Shown here: one piece after another, positions 1 to 9,625 of the stretch
Numbering within the stretch: position 1 is the first letter of the stretch
Layout of the letters: every line of letters begins with the position of its first letter
Source of the DNA: an uncultured Candidatus Saccharibacteria bacterium
GTDB lineage: Bacteria > Patescibacteriota > Minisyncoccia > Portnoybacterales > UBA2143
Direction of reading: 5' to 3'
NCBI GenBank assembly: GCA_964413015.1
Contig: CAYPQZ010000006.1
Location: 74,415-138,414 of the forward strand
Length of the DNA: 64,000 nt
Translations under genes and position numbers: made by a program
The notes under the pieces: generated by a model
Told to the model about the DNA's origin: nothing
Database searches by the model: none
Seen by the model: only the letters and a program-made list of their open reading frames with translations

Positions 1-787
1 CAAACTGTTCAGTCCTAGGACTAAAGTTATTTTCACTTTTCATTGCCGGGACTATTTTCATCAAAAATGGAGCGGTTTTGCCCGGTTTTCTTTGAAATTA
101 GGCGAGTTTGTCGGCTGTTATTTAGCCGACGAGGTCATCCCAGTTTCTTCAGAAATCCAGGCGTATGTAGAGCGTAAATATAACCGCCGGGCTAACTTTA
201 TTCCTCATGGGGTCGTTCAGGAAAAATATGTTCCGGCTAAAATTATTAAGCAATGGAGTCTGGCTCAAGGCAATTATCTTTTAGTTGTTAGCCGATTGAT
301 TAAACATAAAGGCATTCATTATTTAATAGACGCTTTTAAAAAAATTAAGACAGATAAAAAGTTGGTAATTGTCGGCCCTTGTTTTTACACTCAGTCCTAT
401 GAACAAAAGCTCAAGGAGATGTCTGAAAAAGATGATCGGATTATCTTCTTGGGCGCTCAACAAGGCAAGGCCCTGAAAGAGCTTTACAGCAATGCATATT
501 TCTTCATTAATCCTTCGGAGCAGGAAGGGCTTCCTTTTACGGTTTTGGAAGCAGCCAGTTTTGGAATAGCGCTTTTGCTTTCAGATATTGCGATTCACCA
601 GAAGATGTTTGGAAAGCTGCCTTTTTTATTTAGGAATAAAAGCATTCGGGACTTAAAAGAAAAAATGGAGTTTCTTTTAGAAAATAGGCAGTTGGTTTCT
701 AAGACTAGCCGGGAATTTAAGAATTATGCTAAAGAAAACTATAACTGGAACAGAGTTGTGGACAGGACAATTTTGAGATACGCTTAG
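1..787 (+). CDS. Glycosyltransferase family 1 (C-terminal part; gene continues upstream of the window)
   Basis: The frame is open from position 2 with no stop codon. The EQEGLPFTVLEAASFG motif is typical of the GT1/GT4 C-terminal domain. Confidence 0.6.
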   Translation, partial: KLFSPRTKVIFTFHCRDYFHQKWSGFARFSLKLGEFVGCYLADEVIPVSSEIQAYVERKYNRRANFIPHGVVQEKYVPAKIIKQWSLAQGNYLLVVSRLIKHKGIHYLIDAFKKIKTDKKLVIVGPCFYTQSYEQKLKEMSEKDDRIIFLGAQQGKALKELYSNAYFFINPSEQEGLPFTVLEAASFGIALLLSDIAIHQKMFGKLPFLFRNKSIRDLKEKMEFLLENRQLVSKTSREFKNYAKENYNWNRVVDRTILRYA

Positions 788-806
788 GTTGTGGTAGAAT
801 TAAAAA

Positions 807-1610
807 ATGCATAGAAATCATATTACCCAGTCAGTCGTCCTGGGGTTGACTACTTTTGTAGCCACTTTGGCTTGGATTGGCCTAAGGAATGTTTTGTTTG
901 AAAAAAGCAATTGGATTCTGCCAAGTATTGGATTTTTAATTCTGCTCACTTTTTTGGGGCTCAGCTGGTTAATTACAAAATCAAGGGCGGTTTTATTAAC
1001 CAACTTGGCAATTGCCTTAATCTGTTTTTTCTTGTCTTTTGGATTTAATTTTGAATATTTAATTATCGTCGTCGTTTCTTTTCTACTTTTCGTTTTCGGG
1101 TCTTGCCAGGCGATTAATGAAAAAAAAGACAGGGTCAAAATTAAAGTTAAGCGGATTTTTAAAAGGGGATTGCCGATGGTTTTAACTGGTTTGTGTTTGT
1201 TAATCGCTGCCGCCTACTATTTTTCGCCCTTAGCTCTGCAAGGAGAAAACGAAATTGAAATTCCCCGTTCTTGGTTTGATAAAATTATTGTCCCGGCGCT
1301 TAATATTTTCGGAGAGCAGACCGACAATTCTTTAATGATGGATAGCCAGCTTAAGAGTCAATTGGAAAACCAGCTTAAGGATGATCTTTATCAGACGGTT
1401 AATCAAGAAATTAACCGGCACAGCCAATCGTATCGGCAGTATTTTTCTCTCGGTTTGGCAATTGGTTTTTTCTTTGCTTTGAGGACCATAGGAATTGTTT
1501 TCGGCTGGCTGGTTATTCTATTAAGCTGGTTAGTCTTCAGGATTTTAGTTTTTTCGGGGGCTGTAAAAATACAAGAAAAAGCGGTTTTAAAAGAGGTTAT
1601 TGAGTTGTAG
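807..1610 (+). CDS. Polytopic membrane protein, hypothetical
   Basis: 267-aa ORF with several hydrophobic helices. No recognisable catalytic motif. Confidence 0.45.
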   Translation: MHRNHITQSVVLGLTTFVATLAWIGLRNVLFEKSNWILPSIGFLILLTFLGLSWLITKSRAVLLTNLAIALICFFLSFGFNFEYLIIVVVSFLLFVFGSCQAINEKKDRVKIKVKRIFKRGLPMVLTGLCLLIAAAYYFSPLALQGENEIEIPRSWFDKIIVPALNIFGEQTDNSLMMDSQLKSQLENQLKDDLYQTVNQEINRHSQSYRQYFSLGLAIGFFFALRTIGIVFGWLVILLSWLVFRILVFSGAVKIQEKAVLKEVIEL

Positions 1611-1616
1611 TTGAAA

Positions 1617-1674
1617 AAGGACAGTCCTTAAAATTACGTCCTTTGCAAAGGACGTAATTTTAAGGACTGTCCTT
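1617..1674. repeat. Family-A hairpin repeat (perfect 58-bp palindrome aaggacagtccttaaaattacgtccttt|gcaaaggacgtaattttaaggactgtcctt)
   Basis: Perfect inverted repeat read directly from the sequence. It is related to more than 10 other copies in the window. Confidence 0.9.
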
Positions 1675-1685
1675 TGATTAATTAT

Positions 1686-2768
1686 ATGAAAGATTACTAC
1701 GAAATTTTAGGCGTTTCTCGGAATGCCACCGAGCAGGAAATAAAGAAGAACTATAGAAAATTAGCCCTTAAATATCATCCTGACCGGGCGCCTCAAGACA
1801 AAAAAAAAGAATACGAAGAGAAATTTAAGGAAGTCAGCCAGGCCTATCGGGCGCTTTCTGACAAAGAAAAAAGAGCTCAGTATGACCAGTTTGGCCAGAC
1901 ATTTGAAAATGGCCAAGGGTCTTCTTTCGGACAGCAGGATTTTCGTTCTTTCCATGAGGCCTTTGGCGGACAGGACATTTTTGAAGATTTAGGTTTTGGC
2001 CGGATTTTTGAAGAAATGTTCGGCTTTGGGCGCGGAACTGAAACTGGTTCAAATGTCCACTATGGCCAGGATATATCTTTGGATATAGAAATTGATTTGG
2101 AAGATTCTTTTCACGGCGCGGAACAGAAGATAGAATTACGCAAGCTAATTATCTGTCCGAAGTGCCAAGGCAAAGGCGGGCAGTCATTGAAAAAATGTCC
2201 GGTCTGTCAGGGGAGCGGTTATGAGCAGATAAACAGCCGGAGTTTGTTCGGTCTTTTTATTCAGCAACGGCCTTGCTCTAATTGCCATGGCCGGGGAGAA
2301 GTTCCGGAAAAGACTTGTCCGGAGTGCCGCGGACAGGGAAGAATTAAACAGGCCCAGAAAATAAAAATAACCGTTCCGTCGGGAATTGACGACGGGCAGG
2401 TTTTAAAACTTTCCGGGTATGGGAATGCCGGTCTTTATGGCGGTCCGGCCGGCGATTTATTCGTTAATATCCATTTGCGGCCGCACAAGCATTTCCAACG
2501 GCAAGGTGATAACTTGCTCCTCAATTTAGAAATTAGCTTTGCTCAAGCAGCTTTAGGTGATAAAATAGAAATACCTTTGTTAGACGGAAAAGCTAATTTG
2601 AAGATTCCGGCTGGCATTCAGCCCGGAGAAATGATAAAATTAAAAGATAAAGGAATGCCTAGTTTGTACGGACGGGGACAGGGCGATTTAATTATTAAGA
2701 TTCAGGTCAAGGTTCCTAAAAAATTATCCCGTAAGCAGAAGAAGATTATTGGGGAATTAAATGGATAG
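1686..2768 (+). CDS. dnaJ: Molecular chaperone DnaJ
   Basis: J-domain YYEILGV...YHPD, a Gly/Phe-rich linker, and four CxxCxGxG zinc-finger repeats. The start is set at MKDYYEIL (ATG at 1686); the track ORF begins at a TTG at 1674. Confidence 0.9.
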   Translation: MKDYYEILGVSRNATEQEIKKNYRKLALKYHPDRAPQDKKKEYEEKFKEVSQAYRALSDKEKRAQYDQFGQTFENGQGSSFGQQDFRSFHEAFGGQDIFEDLGFGRIFEEMFGFGRGTETGSNVHYGQDISLDIEIDLEDSFHGAEQKIELRKLIICPKCQGKGGQSLKKCPVCQGSGYEQINSRSLFGLFIQQRPCSNCHGRGEVPEKTCPECRGQGRIKQAQKIKITVPSGIDDGQVLKLSGYGNAGLYGGPAGDLFVNIHLRPHKHFQRQGDNLLLNLEISFAQAALGDKIEIPLLDGKANLKIPAGIQPGEMIKLKDKGMPSLYGRGQGDLIIKIQVKVPKKLSRKQKKIIGELNG

Positions 2769-2836
2769 TCGCAAAAGCTTCGAAAATAAATTTTGACAAG
2801 GGCAACCCAATAAGAACAGTCTTTTAATCTATATAA

Positions 2837-3379
2837 ATGGCGATTCGCGATTTTTTAACTAATTTTCATATTGGCGCGGCTTCGGGATGGGATTTGTTTA
2901 TTGTCCTGATTTTTTTGATTGCCGTTTTAGTTTACGGATTTTTTCTGGGACGCAACCGGATGATAATCCTTCTTTTAAGCAGCTATTTTTCTTTGGCGAT
3001 TGTTGAAGTTCTGCCTTGGGAGAGAATCAGTTCTTTATCCTGGTTGGGAGTCGGTTCCGAACCTTCATCTTCTTTGAAAATTCTTATCTTTGCGGGAATT
3101 ATTCTGTTGTTCTACTTTTTAATCCCTCGCTCTATACTCAGCTCAACCCTGAGAATCAGAAACCGAGGAGAGGCCTCCTGGCTGCAATTATTCATCCTAA
3201 GCATTGTTCAGGTCGGTTTGCTGGCAATGGTTATCTTTTCATTTTTGCCGTCCCAACCATTAGGGAATCTTAGCTATTGGATAAAAAAGGCCTTTGTAGA
3301 TCCGGAAGCCCGTTTCGTCTGGATTGCTCTTCCGATTCTGGTCATGGTTTTGATGCGCCGGAGGAAGAAACCGGAATAG
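2837..3379 (+). CDS. Membrane protein, hypothetical (CvpA-like?)
   Basis: 180 aa with four or more TM helices and a basic C-terminus. Confidence 0.4.
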   Translation: MAIRDFLTNFHIGAASGWDLFIVLIFLIAVLVYGFFLGRNRMIILLLSSYFSLAIVEVLPWERISSLSWLGVGSEPSSSLKILIFAGIILLFYFLIPRSILSSTLRIRNRGEASWLQLFILSIVQVGLLAMVIFSFLPSQPLGNLSYWIKKAFVDPEARFVWIALPILVMVLMRRRKKPE

Positions 3380-3429
3380 TTCGGTCTTTTAGCTTGATTT
3401 TTGCGGTAAATATTGTAGAATAAAAACGC

Positions 3430-3500
3430 GGGGGTATAGCTCAGGGGCAGAGCAGAAGGCTTTTAACCTTTTGACGGGGGTTCGATTCCCTCTACCCCTA
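3430..3500 (+). tRNA. tRNA-Lys (anticodon UUU)
   Basis: Cloverleaf: acceptor GGGGGTA/TACCCCT, D-arm GCTC-AGGGGCA-GAGC, anticodon arm GAAGG-CUUUUAA-CCTTT, T-arm GGGGG-TTCGATT-CCCTC. CCA is not encoded. Confidence 0.75.
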
Positions 3501-3582
3501 CTGGCAAGGCTGGTCTATTAAAGGCCGGTTTTTTTTATTAACAATTGATTGTTTTAGCGGTTTTTGTTAGAATGTTGACAAG

Positions 3583-4998
3583 ATGAAAAGAATTTTATCG
3601 TTTAAAACAATTGAAAAGAAAGGCGAGGAAGTTAAATTAAGCGGCTGGGTTCATTCGCGGCGCGACCACAGCCAGATTATTTTCATTGACTTGCGCGATA
3701 GAGGCGGATTGGTCCAGTTGGTTTTTCTCCCCGATAACCAAGAATGCTATAAATTAGCCGATTCTTTAAGGGGCGAATGGGTAATTGAAGTAATTGGCCA
3801 AGTCAAACAGCGGCCCAGAGGAATGGTTAATGAAAAAATTCCTACCGGAGAAGTAGAGGTGGAAATTAAAACCTTAAAGGTGCTTAATAAGGCCAAAACG
3901 CCGCCTTTTGAAATTGCCGAAGAGCCGGGTAAGGGCAAGAAAGGAGTTAATGAAGAGCTTCGGCTGGAATACCGTTATTTGGATTTAAGGCGGCAGAAAA
4001 TGAGAAGGAATTTATTTGTCCGCCATAAAGTCATTAAGTTAATTAGGGATTTTATGGATAAAAAGGGATTTGTTGAGGTGGAAACGCCTATTTTGACTAA
4101 ATCAACTCCGGAAGGCGCCAGAGACTTCTTAGTCCCCAGCCGTCTGCATTTGGGAGAATTTTACGCTTTGCCGCAAGCCCCCCAGCAATTGAAACAGCTT
4201 TTAATGGTTGCCGGGTTGGAAAAGTATTTTCAGGTTGCCCGCTGTTTCAGGGACGAAGATTTAAGGGGCGACCGCCAGCCGGAATTCACCCAGCTGGATA
4301 TAGAGATGTCTTTTGTCAAACAATCAAATATCTTGAAATTAGTTGAGAAAATGATTATTAAAATCATTAAGGAACTGATTTATGTTGATATAAAATTGTC
4401 AAAAAAGTTTACTTTTAACCCGTTTTTACGACTTGACTACCAGGAAGCCATCAAAAAATATAATACTGATAAGCCGGATTTGCGGAAGAACAAAAAAGAC
4501 CCGAACGAATTAGCATTTGTCTGGGTTTTAAACTGGCCTCTTTTTGAGTGGAACAACGATGAAAAAAGATACGATCCCTGCCACCATGTTTTTACGGCTC
4601 CTCAAGAAAAAGATTTGCCTCTATTGGATAAAAATCCTTTGAAAGTTCGTTCTCGGCAGTATGACTTGGTCCTTAACGGAGGCGAAGTTGGCGGAGGAAG
4701 CATCAGGGTTCACCAGGCGGATATTCAGAAAAAAATATTCAAACTGGTCGGCTTGCAGGAAGAAGAAATCAATGAAAAGTTCGGCCATTTACTGAAGGCC
4801 TTTGCTTATGGAGCGCCGCCTCATGGAGGAATTGCCTTAGGCCTAGATCGTTTTTTAATGACCCTACTTAACGAAAAAAGCATTCGGGAAGTAATTGCTT
4901 TTCCGAAGACAGGCGACGCCCAAGATTTAATCATGAAAGCTCCCAGCAAGGTCAGCCAAGGACAGCTCAAGGAATTAGGCATTAAGTTTGAGTCATAA
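3583..4998 (+). CDS. aspS: Aspartyl-tRNA synthetase, compact bacterial type
   Basis: N-terminal OB-fold, class II motifs FRDEDLRGDRQPEFTQLDIEMSF, the QAPQQLKQLLM (QSPQ-like) motif, and GGGSIRVH / GAPPHGGIALGLDR. Only 471 aa, with a strongly shortened insertion (GAD) domain. Confidence 0.9.
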   Translation: MKRILSFKTIEKKGEEVKLSGWVHSRRDHSQIIFIDLRDRGGLVQLVFLPDNQECYKLADSLRGEWVIEVIGQVKQRPRGMVNEKIPTGEVEVEIKTLKVLNKAKTPPFEIAEEPGKGKKGVNEELRLEYRYLDLRRQKMRRNLFVRHKVIKLIRDFMDKKGFVEVETPILTKSTPEGARDFLVPSRLHLGEFYALPQAPQQLKQLLMVAGLEKYFQVARCFRDEDLRGDRQPEFTQLDIEMSFVKQSNILKLVEKMIIKIIKELIYVDIKLSKKFTFNPFLRLDYQEAIKKYNTDKPDLRKNKKDPNELAFVWVLNWPLFEWNNDEKRYDPCHHVFTAPQEKDLPLLDKNPLKVRSRQYDLVLNGGEVGGGSIRVHQADIQKKIFKLVGLQEEEINEKFGHLLKAFAYGAPPHGGIALGLDRFLMTLLNEKSIREVIAFPKTGDAQDLIMKAPSKVSQGQLKELGIKFES

Positions 4999-5007
4999 GA
5001 GACTAAA

Positions 5008-5934
5008 ATGTTAGTTAAATTTTTAATAACCATTTCGGTCATTTTTAATCCGGTATCTTTTCTTGTCGGGCAATTGTCAGCTCCTAAAATTCCAGTTGAT
5101 TTCTCGGGGGCGTCGTTAATCAATTGCGCTTCTATTACAGCGGCATCTTCTCAAAATAATCCTAATTTTTTGCCCATTCGTAATTGGGATATAGCCGAAC
5201 CGGAAACTGAAACCAAAGCGGCTCTAATTTTCAACAAAAACAAGAATAAGATTCTTTATCAAAAAAACATTCATCAGGTCTTGCCAATTGCCAGCTTGAC
5301 TAAATTAATGACTGCCCTGATAGTTTTGGAGAATTTTGAGATTGACAAGGTGGTTTCTATTTCCAAGGAAGCGGTTGCTGGTTACGGCGACCAGGGAGGC
5401 TTGGAAGTTAAAGAAAAACTTTCTATTGGAGACCTGCTTCATGCTTTGTTGATGGAATCCAGTAATGATGCGGCAATTGCTTTGGCGGAAGCCGTTGAAG
5501 AAAAGAAAAGTGTCAATTTTGTTAGCCTAATGAATCAAAAGACGCAGGAATTAGGCCTGAAAAATACTTATTATGCCGACCCCAGCGGGTACGAGCCAAC
5601 GAACGTTTCAACTGCCGAAGAAATTGTCAAGCTGATTGAATACAGCTTTAATTATCCTTTTATCTGGGAGGTTTTTAAGATACCAAGCATCAGGCTATCA
5701 TCAGTTGACGGTTTAACAAATCATTATTGGGTGAATACCGATAAAATGTTAAACCGTTTGCCGGGAGTTATCGGCGGGAAAACCGGCTATACTGATGAAG
5801 CTCAAGGTTGCCTGTTTTTAGTTATTGAACAGAAAAATTCAGGATATTTAATTAGCGTTGTTCTAGGGGCTCAAGAAAGATTTTTAGAAACAGAAAGATT
5901 AATTAATTGGGTTAAAAAAGCATACATTTGGTAA
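5008..5934 (+). CDS. D-alanyl-D-alanine carboxypeptidase (S11, PBP5/6-like)
   Basis: SxxK (ASLTKLMT), SxN (ESSNDA) and KTG (GGKTGYT) motifs, plus an N-terminal signal/anchor. Confidence 0.8.
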   Translation: MLVKFLITISVIFNPVSFLVGQLSAPKIPVDFSGASLINCASITAASSQNNPNFLPIRNWDIAEPETETKAALIFNKNKNKILYQKNIHQVLPIASLTKLMTALIVLENFEIDKVVSISKEAVAGYGDQGGLEVKEKLSIGDLLHALLMESSNDAAIALAEAVEEKKSVNFVSLMNQKTQELGLKNTYYADPSGYEPTNVSTAEEIVKLIEYSFNYPFIWEVFKIPSIRLSSVDGLTNHYWVNTDKMLNRLPGVIGGKTGYTDEAQGCLFLVIEQKNSGYLISVVLGAQERFLETERLINWVKKAYIW

Positions 5935-5996
5935 AAATCAAAAGTCAAATCGATAAAAGACAGTCTTTTAAAGAAACTAATTTTTTAATTTAAAAC

Positions 5997-7043
5997 ATGC
6001 CTGATATTTTTTACGTCTCTCGGATTTTGGGATTAGGGGCAATTTCATTTATTGTCGCTTTGTTATGGACGCCTGCTCTAACCCATTTTCTTGATAAATA
6101 CCGTTTAGGGAAGCAGATTCGCTCTGAAGGAGCGCCTGTTTTTAATAAATTGCATCATAAAAAAGAAGGCACTCCGACTATGGGAGGCATTTTAATATGG
6201 GTGACCGTGCTTTTCCTGACTTTGCTTTTTTGGTGGCTGGGACAGGCAGGAGAAGGGACTATTTTGGAAAAGCTAAATTTTTTAACTCGTCAAGAAACGC
6301 TTTTGCCTCTGGGTGCCTTAGTGGCTTCTGCCATAGTTGGGCTCGGAGACGACTTGCTCGGCATTTTTAGAAAGGGAGCTAAGGCTGGCGGGTTAAAAGT
6401 AAGACATCGCCTTTTGGTATATACGATTCTTGCCGGATTCGGCGCCTGGTGGTTTTTCTGGAAACTGGAATGGGATTTAATCCATGTTCCTTTTGTCGGA
6501 GATTTTAATATCGGCTGGTGGTACATCGTTATTTTTGTTTTCATCCTGGTAGCTACTGCCCATTCGACTAATTTAACTGACGGATTAGACGGATTGGTTG
6601 GAGGAATCCTTTTAATTGCTTTTGCCGCTTTCGGAACAATCGCTTTTTCCCAAGGCAAAATGGATTTAGCCACTTTTTGCGGAGTGATTATTGGCGCCCT
6701 GCTGGCTTTTCTGTGGTTTAATATTTACCCGGCCCGTTTTTTTATGGGTGATACCGGCGCGATGTCTTTGGGAATCACTTTAGGAATTATTGCTATGCTG
6801 ACCAATACCTTTTTGCTGCTCCCTTTTATTGGCTTTATTCTGGTTATTGAATCAGGTTCAGTAATTATCCAGTTTTTTTCTAAGAGAATTAAAGGAAAGA
6901 AAGTTTTCTTATCTGCTCCGATTCACCATCATTTTGAAGCCAGAGGATGGCCGGAAACAAAAGTAACTATGCGTTTTTGGATTATGGGCGGAGTTATGGC
7001 AGTTATCGGCTTAATTTTAGTTTTTATTGAAAAAATTATCTAA
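5997..7043 (+). CDS. mraY: Phospho-N-acetylmuramoyl-pentapeptide transferase
   Basis: 10-TM protein with the NLTDGLDGL motif and the HHHFE motif. Confidence 0.92.
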   Translation: MPDIFYVSRILGLGAISFIVALLWTPALTHFLDKYRLGKQIRSEGAPVFNKLHHKKEGTPTMGGILIWVTVLFLTLLFWWLGQAGEGTILEKLNFLTRQETLLPLGALVASAIVGLGDDLLGIFRKGAKAGGLKVRHRLLVYTILAGFGAWWFFWKLEWDLIHVPFVGDFNIGWWYIVIFVFILVATAHSTNLTDGLDGLVGGILLIAFAAFGTIAFSQGKMDLATFCGVIIGALLAFLWFNIYPARFFMGDTGAMSLGITLGIIAMLTNTFLLLPFIGFILVIESGSVIIQFFSKRIKGKKVFLSAPIHHHFEARGWPETKVTMRFWIMGGVMAVIGLILVFIEKII

Positions 7044-7045
7044 GT

Positions 7046-8449
7046 ATGAAAATTAAAGATTTTAAAGACAAAAAAGTGACTATTATTGGCTTAGGACTGC
7101 ATGGCGGGGGAGTTGGCGCGGCTAAATTTTTCAGCCGGGCCAAAGCCAAAGTCCTGGTCACTGATTTAAAGACTAAAGATGAACTGGCTGAATCAATAGA
7201 AAAATTAAAGAAAGAACCGATTAAATATGTTTTGGGCCAGCACCGGTCAGAGGACTTTATTAATGCTGATTTAATTATCCAGAATCCGGGAGTTAGAGAT
7301 AAATCTAAATATTTGGAAATAGCCAGAGAAAACAATGTTCCGATTGAAACGGATATCGGTATATTTTTCGAGCTTTGTACGGTTCCGATTATCGGCGTTA
7401 CCGGAAGCCGAGGCAAGTCCACAACGAGCGTTTTAATAGCCAGGTTTCTTAAAAGGAGATATTCAGAAGTAATTTTGGCCGGAAATATACGCAGTTCGGC
7501 GCTGTTAAAGTTAAAGAAAATAGATAAAGACACTAAAGTCGTCTTGGAGCTTTCAAGTTGGCAGTTAGCCGGCTTAAAATCGCACAAAAAAAGTCCGGCT
7601 TACGCCGTGTTGACCAATCTCATGCCTGACCATTTAGACAGGTATAAGGATATGGAACAATATATCAGGGACAAAAGAAAAATTTTCCGGTGGCAGAAAT
7701 CAGATAATTATTTAGTCCTTAACTATGACGATAAACAAGTAAGAGAATTTAGCCAGGAAGCAAAGTCGAAAGTGTTCTATTTCAGCCAGAATAATCAATC
7801 GGCATCTGACTTCCAAGGAAGTTTTGTTAAAGACGATAAAATATATTTCAATTCTGAAGAAATCTGTTCTTTGGAGGAAATCCGGTTAAAAGGCAGGCAT
7901 AATCTTAGTAATGTTCTGGCGGCCGTAACGATGGCCAAAATTCATCGGGTGCCCAACAAATCTATCCAAAAAGTTTTAAGCAAATTTGAAGGCCTGGAAG
8001 GCCGTTTGGAGCTAATAGGCGTTGTTAGAGGAATAGAGTATATCAACGATACTACCTCGACTATTCCCGAGGCTTGTCTGGCCGCTTTAAGGACTTTCCC
8101 AAAGCGCAATATTATCCTGATTGCCGGCGGCAATGATAAAAATCTGGAATTTAAAGAGCTTGCCAGAGGGATTGTAAAAAGAGTTAAGGCCGTTATTTTG
8201 CTCAAAGGGAACGCTACTGACAAAATTAAGAAAGCGCTTGATGAAGAATTAAATTTAAATAACCAGTATCTAGAAATAATCGGACCCTTAGACAGCATGG
8301 AAGAAGCCGTTGCCAAAGCAACTGAACAAGCTGAAGAATTTGAAAGAAGCATTGTTTTACTTTCTCCGGCCAGCTCCAGTTTTAGCATGTTCAGGCATGA
8401 ATTTGAAAGAGGCGAGGCCTTTAATAAAGCAGTGTCTTCGTTAAAATGA
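7046..8449 (+). CDS. murD: UDP-N-acetylmuramoylalanine--D-glutamate ligase
   Basis: Mur ligase P-loop GVTGSRGKSTT and an N-terminal Rossmann GLGLHGGG. It lies between mraY and ftsW. Confidence 0.9.
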   Translation: MKIKDFKDKKVTIIGLGLHGGGVGAAKFFSRAKAKVLVTDLKTKDELAESIEKLKKEPIKYVLGQHRSEDFINADLIIQNPGVRDKSKYLEIARENNVPIETDIGIFFELCTVPIIGVTGSRGKSTTSVLIARFLKRRYSEVILAGNIRSSALLKLKKIDKDTKVVLELSSWQLAGLKSHKKSPAYAVLTNLMPDHLDRYKDMEQYIRDKRKIFRWQKSDNYLVLNYDDKQVREFSQEAKSKVFYFSQNNQSASDFQGSFVKDDKIYFNSEEICSLEEIRLKGRHNLSNVLAAVTMAKIHRVPNKSIQKVLSKFEGLEGRLELIGVVRGIEYINDTTSTIPEACLAALRTFPKRNIILIAGGNDKNLEFKELARGIVKRVKAVILLKGNATDKIKKALDEELNLNNQYLEIIGPLDSMEEAVAKATEQAEEFERSIVLLSPASSSFSMFRHEFERGEAFNKAVSSLK

Positions 8450-9558
8450 AGAACCATCAACCTGATTACATTTTTATCCTTGTTGTTTTTGCTTTAATTG
8501 CTTTCGGGTTGATTATACTTTTCAGCGCCTCGTCAGTTATTTCACATGAAAAGCTTAGCCAAAGCAACTATTTCCTAAAGCATCAGCTGTTTTACAGCCT
8601 GCCTTTGGCGTTGATTTTTTTTATTATCTGCCAGAGAATTAATTACCGATACTGGAAAAAAGTGGCTTTTCCTTTAATGGTCGTCTCGCTGATTTTACTG
8701 GCTTTGGTTTTTGTTCCTGGGATAGGCAGTGAAAGCGGAGCCAAAAGATGGATTTACTTAGGATTTTCAGTTCAGCCCTTTGAAGTTGTCAAACTAACTT
8801 TTATTATTTACTTAGCCGCTTTACTAAGCCGACTCCGGAAGGTTTCTGAAGCGAGTAAAGAAGATAACGCCCAAGCCATTAAAGAAAGTTTAGCCCCTTT
8901 TTTATTGGTTGCCGGGATTATCGGTCTGCTGGTTTCTTTCCAGCCTAATATGAGCGCTTTGGTAATGACCTCTTTAATTGCCGGCCTGCTCTACTTTCTT
9001 GCCGGCGCCAGGTTATCTTACTTAGCAGCTCTTTCAGGCTTGGCTTTAGCCGGATTTTTTGTTTTAATTAAAGTAGCTCCTTACAGGATGAAAAGATTGA
9101 CGGTTTTTCTCCATCCGGAATGGGATCCTCAAGGCATTGGTTATCAGATTAATCAGGCGCTTTTGGCTATTGGTTCAGGAGGACTCTTTGGATTGGGCTT
9201 TGGGCATAGTATCCAAAAATGGAAGTATCTTCCCGAAGTTATCGGCGATTCCATTTTTGCCATTGCCGCAGAAGAATTCGGTTTAATTGGCGCCGGCCTG
9301 ATAGTTTCATTTTTTGTTATTTTAGCTTGGCGAGGATTCAAAGTTGCTAAAAATTCTTCTGATAGATTTGGCTATCTTTTAGCCGGGGGAATTACCGGTT
9401 GGCTTTTTTTCCAGGCCATTATTAATATATCGGCTATTTCCGGATTAATCCCTTTAACTGGAATTCCTTTGCCTTTTATAAGTTATGGTGGAACTGCCCT
9501 GGTAATTTCGTCGGTCGGGGCAGGGATTTTGGTTAACATATCAAAATACACTAAGTAA
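8446..9558 (+). CDS. ftsW: SEDS-family peptidoglycan glycosyltransferase FtsW/RodA
   Basis: 10-TM SEDS architecture. It sits in the dcw cluster between murD and murG. Confidence 0.85.
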   Translation: MKNHQPDYIFILVVFALIAFGLIILFSASSVISHEKLSQSNYFLKHQLFYSLPLALIFFIICQRINYRYWKKVAFPLMVVSLILLALVFVPGIGSESGAKRWIYLGFSVQPFEVVKLTFIIYLAALLSRLRKVSEASKEDNAQAIKESLAPFLLVAGIIGLLVSFQPNMSALVMTSLIAGLLYFLAGARLSYLAALSGLALAGFFVLIKVAPYRMKRLTVFLHPEWDPQGIGYQINQALLAIGSGGLFGLGFGHSIQKWKYLPEVIGDSIFAIAAEEFGLIGAGLIVSFFVILAWRGFKVAKNSSDRFGYLLAGGITGWLFFQAIINISAISGLIPLTGIPLPFISYGGTALVISSVGAGILVNISKYTK

Positions 9559-9625
9559 ATTTTAATTTCTAAGTTTTAATTTTATAAATAAATCTTAAAT
9601 CTTAATTTTTAAACATATTGAAAGT

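Noticed and set aside
818-1138. Antisense ORF within the membrane protein gene (and similar antisense ORFs 1761..2052, 3747..3938, 6290..6673, 7036..7587, 7942..8460, 9153..9341, 29881..30558, 30751..31326, 57314..57863, 60871..61368)
   Set aside because: All lie inside well-supported genes on the opposite strand. Their low-complexity, Ser/Pro/Leu-rich translations are typical of shadow frames.
3016-3273. Alternative-frame ORF inside 2837..3379
   Set aside because: It is in the same-strand +1 frame of the membrane protein gene, with no independent support.
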